64,000 bases of DNA, taken from Epithemia pelagica. Taxonomy: Eukaryota; Protista; Bacillariophyta. A model generated the notes under the pieces. The model had not been told where the DNA came from. It saw nothing but the letters and a program-made list of their open reading frames with translations, and searched no databases. Each line of letters opens with the position of its first letter. The first letter of the stretch is position 1. Location of the stretch: the NCBI GenBank assembly GCA_946965045.2, contig OX337240.1, positions 372,001 through 436,000 of the forward strand, in the 5' to 3' direction. A program made the position numbers and the translations under genes. Positions 52,188 through 62,030 of the stretch are shown piece by piece.

Positions 52188-52391
52188 ACATCTGCTCCTC
52201 GTCGTGATTCTCGTCGGGGGCACTTCTCGGGGGCCTAACTCCTCGGCGGGCAATAGGTCCTCGTCGTGTACTGCCCCAAATCCGCTTATAGCGGATTTGT
52301 TGGGCAGTACACTCCTCGGACCTATTGCCCTTCTCGGAGTTAGGCACCCCTCGTCGTGCCCACTCCTCGGATCACTCCTCGGAGCAGATGT
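52188..52391 (-). other. Rod-shaped hairpin B at the 5' end of the YR element
   Basis: Seven nested stems (e.g. 52188-98/52381-91, 52248-60/52318-30, 52266-76/52302-12, 52277-86/52290-99). Five 5x5 loops separate them and read GAGGA/GACGA-type on the minus strand. Confidence 0.93.
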
Positions 52392-52399
52392 AGAACTAC

Positions 52400-54642
52400 T
52401 ACAACCTTTGTGACAACTTTTCGGAAATTGATGGTTGTGGCTTGATATCCCAAGATGCATTGCATGTAGTATGGGATTGTTACCGCGCGAAGACTTCTGA
52501 GAAACGGTCTGATTCATGCATATGTCCGCACACAGGGTTTCAAGGCCGTCTTGGGGGTTTCAAAGGCACCTGGGTTCTGGACCGTGCTTTGGGAACTGGT
52601 ATCGTGGTTCATTGCAGAACAAGTCAGCACAAGTTTCAAGTTCCACAATCCTGTCTGCAGTCGACATCAAACAGAGCTGACTCGATGGAAGGAAAGGTTA
52701 CAGAAGACGACCACAGTGTATTTGAAGTGTCGTCTTGGGACAAGGATCCAACGCCAGCCAAATTGAACGTTCGGTTGATCCAACTGCTAGAACACTATGG
52801 TGCTTCTTGGGAATTCTTCGAGGAGAACTGTTTGGAACCAGCAATAAAGGATTTAGAAGAAATGATGGGATCTGGTCCAGAATCGAAAAGAGCGTGGTTG
52901 AAACATTTGAAAGAGAGACAACGTTCGAATGTACTGAAATCATGGACCGACAGCAGAAAATGCCTGAAACTGTTGTGCGCAAATGTGGCTACGTCCGACC
53001 CGGAGCTCTGTCGATTCAAGAAAAAGCTCGTGTCTGAAATGTTCCGCTCCCTTCAAAGCAAAGCACATTACCCTCTATCTGGCTGTGTTTATCTTCGAAT
53101 GTATGGTGATCACACATTGCTGCTGGAAGAAGGCGAGGCGTTTGTGGCATGCAATGGCGTTCGGACCGGGCTTGACGCTTTATCCGAAGAGATACTTGCC
53201 ATGAGGTCGCCGTCGTATTTTGGGGGAGACATGAGACGACTGTCTTTGGTGTCATTGGATGAGTTGAAGAAGCGATCAAGAGATCCCGAACATGCAAAAC
53301 GTTTTCCTTCTGGATTGCGTAGTGAGCTGGTGCGATCCGGTCAAGAAGCAGTAGAGTTTTTTGCTTGTGAGTAAAAGAAGGTAACGAAGGATTAACGGCG
53401 TGTCCTTTCATGTTCAGTCGTGTCGCTAATTGGTCTTTCTTTCAGGTCTTAAAAACTGCATTGTGTTGTGTAATAAGGGAAAACGGAGCGAGGCAGATCG
53501 AATGTCTGGTGGCGACTACGATGGAGACCTTGCATGGGTATGTTGGAACCAGAAACTCATGGAATCCTTGACACAAACCAAGATTGCTGCCGAGGACATT
53601 TGTGATATAGTGGATAACCCCCTAGAACTGGGGAAACGATCTGCATGGGACCCGGACAATCAGGTGCATGAACTTGATTATGCTCGAAAGTTTAAAATGC
53701 ATCATGTCACACTGGGCAAGCTGTCCAATGCGTTGGACGCTGCGATTGACCAATTTGGCTTTGGATCTCCTCAGGCACAAACGTTAGGTCGCGCACTATT
53801 TCTACAAGTGGATGTTCCAGACACGCGTAAGTCAAGCTTGGCTTGGTTTCTAGTCGAAGTTTCGAGTCGTTGCTTATCCATCTGGTTTTCGTTTTTTGCT
53901 CACAGCACTATTGCGACAAGAAGAAGAAGCGACCCTGCTTGAATCGATCAAGACTCCTCATTGGGCGCTCAAGGACAGGTTCTCGTCTCACCGAAGCTAC
54001 AAATCCAACAAAATGCTGGGCACTTTGTTTGATGCGTTGAAGAACCGCATGGAATTGGCCATGTCTGGATCAGAAAGTGTCGACGGAGAAATGAAGTTGG
54101 ATCCCCTCATTTCAAAACTTGTGGACCCGTATCGGGGCAACCAGGAGTGGCGGCAACTCGAGATGCGAATGAGAACGGCCGTGGAACTCTATATTACAGA
54201 AAAGGCAAAATATTGGGAAAACCGTTCTGTTGGCAGTCACGACAGGATCGTTGCGGATGCGTCCTTTGGCAACAACAAGAACGACCAAGAGAAGGAACAA
54301 GCCGCCGAAGAAGGACGCCGCCACTATGAGACATGGAAGCTCGAGTACTTTACCCGGGCACGCACAGAGTTGGGAAGAGGCGAGGAATCTCGCAATCAAA
54401 CGCAGCTTTGGGAAGTCAAGCCCCAGGTATGGGGGGCCACACTGTACATGGTGGGTTGGGAATGTCATCAGGAATGGACACACAAGCGTCAAGAGACGAG
54501 TCATGGCGTCCAACACAAACATGCCGGTGGTCCCATGGAATTCGTTTGGGGCGTTGCCGAAGGAGAACTATTAAAGGACGTGTTCTACACCAAGAGTTTG
54601 ATTGTTGCCGAGGAAGTGGAAGCTCTTGTCCTTGGTATTTAA
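52400..54642 (+). CDS. RecQ-RdRP fusion gene, 3' part: eukaryotic RNA-dependent RNA polymerase catalytic domain (exons 52400-53366, 53446-53826, 53906-54642)
   Basis: DGCGLIS, FQGRLGGFKGTW, RTSQHKF, RSPSYFGGD, NCIV and catalytic SGGDYDGD. Confidence 0.92.
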
Positions 54643-54949
54643 AAGAGACTCCATGCCAATTGTGGATTGTGAATGATAACAGAAAGATTCGAAAAGGTAG
54701 TTTATTTGTTGACATGACTTCATTTGTGTATAAGATACGTCCATCCACAAGCTCATCTCCTTGGTGGCCGCTACATACTTTTTGTTGTGGCGAGAACCGG
54801 GCAACAGGATGTACATGTGTGTGTGTGTGTGATCCTATTCGCGTTCCAACGTCCAAAGCGCCACACGTTTCGGCCATGTACATACACACCGCCTCTCTCT
54901 TTCTCTCTCTAGTCTGGCCACACCGACACGAATCACACAAGACTGTAGA

Positions 54950-55412
54950 AAGTCGAAGAAGGAATCGATCGAGACGGCATCTCCACAAAGTGTCTGTCTG
55001 GTTTATTCTTGTATGGAGCCACACAAAAGTACCGCTCTAATCGTTCCCTCTAAACTAGCGCGAATTGAAACGTCCAGTGCAGTACTTTTTGCCAAAGTCC
55101 CACTCGTTCTCTTGAATCCGGTGGATCCATTCTTTCACGTCCACCACATGACTGTTTCTTCTTCTGGATACCTACGCACAACAACCAATGCCGTTGGTGT
55201 TGGAACGCTTTCATGGTAAACAGACACCTATATCCCATATCAAAACTCCTTGACTCGATTACCCTCATCCTCATTACCATTTTGGAAGGATGGTGGAGTT
55301 GCGGGAAGAAGGGATCCGGCACCTCTGACACAGCAGCCATAGCCCCCACAACCGAACTAGATCCAAAAGAAGGACCTGCACCTACTCTACGGTGTAGGAA
55401 GTGTTGGAACAA
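54950..55412 (+). pseudogene. Decayed copy 1 of unknown gene X
   Basis: KESIETAS...AVLFAKVPLVLLNPVDPFF is homologous to 58250-58740 and 62070-62520; contains stops and frameshifts. Confidence 0.6.
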
Positions 55413-55870
55413 TAACTTTGACGTCTATCTAGGCAAATTAGTTTGGAATTGGTGGAGTAACGGTCACTAGCTATAGTGCTTAGTATCGACTCCTAAGTGC
55501 TCCTCCTTTTCCACTGACGACCACAGGGAGAGCATACTACATCTGACATGGTAACGAAGAAACTACTCTAATAGAATGATCCTTTTGTGAACTTGTATGT
55601 GTCATATCTTCGCGTTCCAAAATTGTGTTGTGTGCGGATGGGAGCAAACTCATACCATGCAACAATCGCCGCGCTCGATTTCAGCCTATGTGCTGGCTTT
55701 CCATAAGTAATTGTCCAGAAAGTTCGGCCCTCGCGTCGGCCAAACCCCCGCTGATCGCTGATCGACTCGTCCATCTCACATTTTTTTCAGCACCATCTCG
55801 ATCCTCGCTCGATCGTCATCTATTGGATGCTGTTGACGGTTGATATGCCTCTAAAGAGAGACGAAGCAAA

Positions 55871-57268
55871 ATGAGTGTCCCTCCCCAAGAAAAGAAAGCC
55901 ACTTGGGTTTTGGAAGCAAAGAGTGACAGCCATGGTAGAAACAATTGGAGTCATTTTCCCTTGCGGTTGCGAAAGGGCATTCTGGTCTGTTGCGTGTTAA
56001 TGCTTGGGGTGGCCAACCTTGTTCCTCTCTGGTCCGACGACGAGCTGAATCAGTTTGCTCGCTACCTACAACCACAAGTCACACAAGACCATGTCATGTC
56101 TCTGCTTACCAAGGAAGCTTCTACTGTTACACCGATTTGTCAGACCGCACCGTGGCCAGTCGTCCTTCCGTCTCGAATTTATTATTGTGGTCACGACCGA
56201 CACGCCCTTCTCCAACTCGTCTATCCGGAATTTGCCTCCATTCCCCGCACAAGATTGACGCGACAATCGATTCGCAATGCCACGCAACACGATGTTCTCG
56301 TGTTTGGATCCTGTGGACTCTGCCCAGGATTTCCGAAACACCCACGTCTACTGGAAGTCCTGCAGAAGGACTTTCCTGGAATGGTCTTTCATATCAATGG
56401 CGAAGCCAAACAGGGTGATATCTGGGAACAATTGGCAACCTTCCAATCGTCACTTCCACATCCACAACAACAATCACCACAACGCCCAACAAATGAGTCC
56501 AACAGTTCCGTGCCAGTGGTGCCAGCTCCCCCACGACGCAATTTTCATATTGGCTACGCGGCCGACTCCAATTACAGTGTCCGAGTTCTTTTTGCGAGTC
56601 AGACTGTAGCTGAAGCCTCCCACGAGATACAACGATGGTTGTTTGATCCGTTGCAAAAGCCACGCAACACGGGACAGGCCTTTTTACTGTACACGGCGAG
56701 CAATTGTGTGCCCTTTCGCGAACAGGCCTTCCAGGACATTGCCACGGCCGTTTCCAAGATTAGTAATGTGGTACACAGCAATCGATCGACCGTCCTTCAC
56801 AAGTGGGCCATGTGTGGGGGCAAACTGGCGCCCCCCGTCTCGCCGTGGAAACCCAAAGACTGGCATGGGAATTGGCCAAGCAATTACGAATCTTATCGTC
56901 ATTATCGGTTTTGTCTTGTGTTGGAAAACAAATACCAACCAGGATATATCACGGAAAAGATTGTTCTGGCCTTTTGGGCCGGATGCATTCCCATTTATTA
57001 CGGTACACAAGAGGTATTTGATATTTTCAATCCTCGAGCCTTTGTCTATTACGACCCGGGTCGTCCCCAACAAGCCCTGGCCCAAATTGTGCACTTGGAA
57101 ACCAACCAAACAGCCTATGATGAAGTGATGAAGGAACCCATTTTGGCGCATGGTAATGACACTATCGATCGTTATTTTTCACTCTAGGATGGCATTGGTC
57201 GTGGTTCCTTCTTGAAGAAAAAGAATCGTGACATGGTCTGTGCGCAAGTACACGATTTGGAGCAGTAA
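55871..57268 (+). CDS. GT10 alpha-1,3/4-fucosyltransferase-like, copy 1; CAG>TAG at 57185-57187 removes the last 26 aa
   Basis: N-terminal TM anchor and motif YRFCLVLENKYQPGYITEKIVLAFWAGCIPIYYG. Downstream codons still match copy 2 up to TAA at 57266-68. Confidence 0.88.
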
Positions 57269-58239
57269 ATTGATAGAAAGAATAATCAAGCGGACGAAAC
57301 ACCCCATTGGAACCGGATGGTTCTACTCACTTTTGCTTCACAGAGCCACAAATCGAAATGGTATGAACAACACCACTAGGCAACGGATTGATCCAAAAGG
57401 AAAGAGTGGTCAGTCTTGGCATGCTTTCACTTTGGCACTTTCGTCATTTCGCAGAATAAGAAGCGGAAATGTCACCCAAGGCCACGAGTTGTCGTTCGTT
57501 TGGACCGACCAACGTTCAACTGCGCCTATCTTTCCCAAAACAGTTTGGCTGTCTCTTATTGCTTTGTCCTACCTAGGTTTTTGTGTCGTTAGGCCTCCAT
57601 AATACCGTAGGATGGGATCCTTTCGACCAGAATCCAGCCTACGACTCAAGCGCTGCGCATTCCAAAGAAGAATGCTTGGTGGGAGGCTCACGGGTATCCA
57701 AGGATATAGCCTTGATCGATCTAGCTGTAGGTGGACACTCGAGCCAGTTGTGTGTAGATTTCTATTTGGGTTGTTGTGGAGGCAGATCCCGGTCCACCAC
57801 AACATACAGAAATGGGAACGACCGCTTCTCTCTCACGAGAGGTACAATCCCTACTCTTTACTCTGTCGTGTGTTCTCTTGTCGAGAGAGACAGACAGAGA
57901 GTCCAAAAAGGACAGTCACCACCCACTCTTCGACGAAAGGTGCCCCTACCTTGGACTTGGAGTAGGAGTACCTCTCACGGTAGTTACTCCTAGGCTTACT
58001 TCTTTTGCCCAGGAATCTTCCGCTGTGTAAGACCCGCGTGAGGCTCGAACGAGAGCGAGGCGGTGTGAAGAACCAAAAGGGGAAGGGGTGCGTCGTCAAG
58101 CGACGGCCGCCCAAAGTTCCTGTCTTCTCCTTTGGGTCAAACGAAGGAGCACGACACAGAAGATATAGGAGGATGAGAGCATCCACATCTTTCGCGGAAC
58201 CCTGTCCCATAGTTGTCTCGAATTACACAATGACTGTAG

Positions 58240-59008
58240 AGAGTCAAAGAAGGAGTCCGTCGAGACGGCATCTCCACAAAGTATCTGTCTGGTTTATTCT
58301 TGTGTGAAGCCCACACAAAAGGGCCGTTCTAATGATCCCTCTATAATAGCGCGAATTGAAACGACCAGTGTATAGTACTTCACGCCAAAGTCTTACTCGT
58401 CCTCTTGAATCCGTTCGATCCATTCTTTCACCTCCAACCAACGACCGTGAGTGTTGGTTCTTCCTCCAGAGGCAGTTGGATCCCTACGCACAACAACCGA
58501 AGTCGTTGGTGTTGGAACGCTTTCATGGTAAACAGACACCCATATCCCATATCAACACTCCTTGACTCGATCATGCTCATTTTCGTGTCGGAAGGATGGT
58601 GGAATTGGGCCTGGAAGTCGTGGAACAAGGGATCTGACCCTGACACAGCCACAACCAAACCGGATCCAAAGAAGGTCCTGCACCAGCCGCAACGAATGGA
58701 TGCGGCTACTTTGTGGTCTTTTTCGTCTCGGCCTTGACAATGACAACGACGACAAACTCCGCAAGAACCCACCCACGGACTCTCCCACCACGACCACAAT
58801 GGTAGAGCAAGACGAGCAAGGATGGTCCCCAAACCAACCAGGAGACCGACAAGATCCCGAAGGACAGTGTACTCTTCCACAAGCGGACGACAACAACACG
58901 GCGAATCGGAATCATTCGGCGAATAATCCCACACAAGGAGTGGCCACATGCCCGATCAAAGCGGCTCATACTGTGCGGCATGGGAAGAGCATACTGCATG
59001 TAGTCTAG
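58240..59008 (+). pseudogene. Decayed copy 2 of unknown gene X
   Basis: LNPFDPFF...LDSIMLIFVSEGWWNWAWKSWNKGS aligns with LEPLDPFF...LDSIIRIIMSEAWWHRAWKWWTKGS; contains stops and frameshifts. Confidence 0.6.
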
Positions 59009-59410
59009 AATCATCCTTTTGAGCGCATCTCGAGCCAACCAACGGAGAACTTGTGTGTCGTGTCTTTGCGTTCCAAAACTGTTGTGTGAGGAATGAGGGA
59101 AACTCAAACCATGGAACGATCTGCATCTTGATCCGTATCCCGCTACCAACGTGCGCTGGCTTTCCATAAGTAAATGTACAGAGGACAATCAGAACGATCG
59201 ACCGTTCACCGTTATCATCTCCCGCGCCGGTCGCACCGCTGCTAACGATCCCTTCGTTCCCACTAATTTCCACGCGCTGCTAACGACTAACGATCCCTTC
59301 GTTCCATTAATTTCCACAAGAAGTATTGAGTCTCGTGATCGTCATCTTGAATTCACTTGACAGTACCTAGTTGATACACCTATAATATAGGGAGACGGAG
59401 ACTAAACAGA

Positions 59411-60868
59411 ATGAGTGTCCCTCCGCAAGAGAAGAACGCCACTGGACTTTCCAAAATACGAGTAAAGGGTGACAGCCATGGTAGAAACACAAGGAATCAT
59501 TTTCTGTTGCGGTTACCAAAGGGGATTCTGGTCTGGTTCGTCTTGATGTTTTCGGTGGCCAACCTTGTTCTTCTTTGGTCCAACGACGAGCTGAATTCTA
59601 GTGTATGGATATATCGTGCCAGTTACTTGTCGACTCTCCCACTACCAATACCAATGGAACTCGTTGTGAAGAATGGCACGACGGACTTTGGGGACAAACA
59701 AGAAGAAGTCGAACGAGACCAGGAAGTCTCTATTACACCCATTTGTCAAGCCACACCGTGGCCAGTCGTCCTTCCGTCTAAAATTTATTTTTGTGGTAAT
59801 GACCGACAAGACCTTCTCGAACTCGTGTACCCGGAATTTGCGTCCATCCCCCGAACTTGGTTGACGCAACAATCGATTCGTAATGCCACCCAAGACGATG
59901 TACTCGTCTTTGGATCCTGTGGACACTGCCCAGGATTTCCCAGACAACCACGTCTACTGGAAGTCCTGCAGAAGAGCTTTCCTGGAATGGTCTTTCATAT
60001 CAATGGCGAAGCCAAACAGGGTGATATCTGGGATCAATTTGCCTCCTACCAGTGGTCACTTCGACATCCACAACAACAACAATCACCAACGAATGAGTCG
60101 AACGGTTCCGTGCCTGTGGTGCCAGCTCCCCCGCGACGCAATTTTCATGTGGGCTACGCGGCCGACTCCAATTATAGTGTCCGAGTCTTTTTTGCCAGTC
60201 AGGTTGTGGCCGAAGCCTCCCACGAGATGCAACAATGGTTGTTCGATCCCTTGCAAAAGCCACGCAACACGGGAGAGGCCTTTATGCTCTACACGGCGAG
60301 CAATTGTGTCCGCTTTCGCGAACAGGCTTTCCGTGAAATTGCCTTGGCCGTTTCCAAGATACCGCTAGAAGCCCACAACAATCGATCGACCGTCCTTCAC
60401 AAGGGGGCCAAGTGTGGGGGCAAACTGGCGCCCCCCGTCTCGCCGTGGAAACCCAAAGACTGGCATGGGAACTGGCCAAGCAATTACGAATCTTATCGTC
60501 ATTATCGGTTTTGTCTCGTGTTGGAAAACAAATACCAACCAGGATATATCACGGAAAAGATTGTTCTGGCCTTTTGGGCGGGATGCATTCCCATTTACTA
60601 CGGTACACAAGAGGTATTTGATATATTCAATCCTCGAGCCTTTGTCTATTACGACCCGGGTCGTCCCCAACAAGCCCTGGCCCAAATTGTGCACTTGGAA
60701 ACCAACCAAACAGCCTATGAGGAAGTGATGAAGGAACCCATTTTGGCGCATGGTAATGACACTATCGATCGTTATTTTTCACTCCAGGATGGCATTGGTC
60801 GTGGTTCCTTGTTGAAGCAAAAGATTCGTGACATGGTGTGTGCACAAGTACAAGATTTGGAGCAGTAA
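59411..60868 (+). CDS. GT10 alpha-1,3/4-fucosyltransferase-like, copy 2, intact (485 aa)
   Basis: Type II membrane anchor and GT10 motif ENKYQPGYITEKIVLAFWAGCIPIYYG. Confidence 0.9.
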   Translation: MSVPPQEKNATGLSKIRVKGDSHGRNTRNHFLLRLPKGILVWFVLMFSVANLVLLWSNDELNSSVWIYRASYLSTLPLPIPMELVVKNGTTDFGDKQEEVERDQEVSITPICQATPWPVVLPSKIYFCGNDRQDLLELVYPEFASIPRTWLTQQSIRNATQDDVLVFGSCGHCPGFPRQPRLLEVLQKSFPGMVFHINGEAKQGDIWDQFASYQWSLRHPQQQQSPTNESNGSVPVVPAPPRRNFHVGYAADSNYSVRVFFASQVVAEASHEMQQWLFDPLQKPRNTGEAFMLYTASNCVRFREQAFREIALAVSKIPLEAHNNRSTVLHKGAKCGGKLAPPVSPWKPKDWHGNWPSNYESYRHYRFCLVLENKYQPGYITEKIVLAFWAGCIPIYYGTQEVFDIFNPRAFVYYDPGRPQQALAQIVHLETNQTAYEEVMKEPILAHGNDTIDRYFSLQDGIGRGSLLKQKIRDMVCAQVQDLEQ

Positions 60869-61972
60869 CTGGAGAAAAAGATGGAGGGGACGGACGAAAC
60901 ACCATTGGAACATGAGTTTCCCACTGACTGTTGCTTCGACAGAACCACAAAAAGGAATGGTGACAGCAACGCCACTAGGCAACGGATTTATCCAAAAGAA
61001 AAAAGTGTTCTCCCTAGTTCGCATCGGGGTTTTGGTTGCGTAATGAATGGTTGGTTTCGACATTCCTCCACTTGCTTTCGTACGCCATGTCGGTTAACAG
61101 GAAGCATACATAATAGATGCCACCCAAGGCCAAGAGCCATTCCTCGCTGGGACCAACCAACGTTCCACGTCTCCTACTTTGTTCAAGACAGTTTTATTTT
61201 CCATGGCGTACTCCTGCCTCTAGATTTTTGGATCGTTTCTCGGGAGGATCAGAAGGGATCCTGTTGGAGCAGAATCCAGTACGATTTTATCGCTGCGCAT
61301 TCCAAAGAAGAATGTGTCGTGGAAGGAGGAGGTTCACGGGAATCCATGGCGTAGAGCCGTGAGCGATGGAGGATCGATCGACTCGAACGATTGTTGTATG
61401 TTGGGAGGCAACACCAGGTCCACCCAAACACGTAGGAGTATACCTAGATTTGCTCTACAGAGAGAGGGCATGAACCTTTTCGTCGTCCTATAGTTACTCC
61501 TATTCCTCTAGAGAGGACTACGCCTATAGTCCTAGGAGTACTTCTTTGGAGCCCCTACCTACATAGAACTCTTCCACACCGCATAGCTGTGAGACCCGCA
61601 TGAGATCGCGACGCCCGTCGGTCCATTCCGCTGGCTCGAACGAGAGCGAGGCGGTGTGAAGAATCAAAACGGGCGCGTCGTCCGCCCCAACGAGAAACCA
61701 AAAATGTCATTTTCATCGGAGGAGGCGCCTCCTGGCTTCCTGTGTTGCCAAAAGAAAGGAAGGAGACCAACAAACAACAAACACATGCAGCAGAAGAGAG
61801 AAGAAGGAGCAGAGAGCACAAACGACGCCATTCGAGGAACCATGTCCTTTAATTGTCTCGTAGAGGAGCCAGAGCCGAGGAGGCGCATTTCCCCTACGGA
61901 CACTAGGAACTAAGATGTACATGTGTGGTCCTATTCAAGTTCCAAATTCCTATCCGCTACACTTTTCTGTCA

Positions 61973-62018
<46 letters not shown>

Positions 62019-62030
62019 TGTGTGTTCACA

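Larger units (their letters stand above)
47416..52394 (-). mobile_element. Crypton-like tyrosine-recombinase DNA transposon (4,979 bp) flanked by 5-bp direct repeat ACTAC (47411-15, 52395-99)
   Basis: Removing the element and one ACTAC gives in-frame ...VPDY|YNLCDNFSEIDGCGLISQD. The element encodes a spliced YR and has no long TIRs or LTRs. Confidence 0.88.

Noticed and set aside
37641-52391. Rods A and B as inverted termini of one 14.7 kb giant element carrying the FAM13-like and RecQ genes
   Set aside because: The RdRP frame reconstruction fixes the YR element at 47416-52394, and rod A has its own matching 3' end near 38.5 kb. These are two separate insertions.
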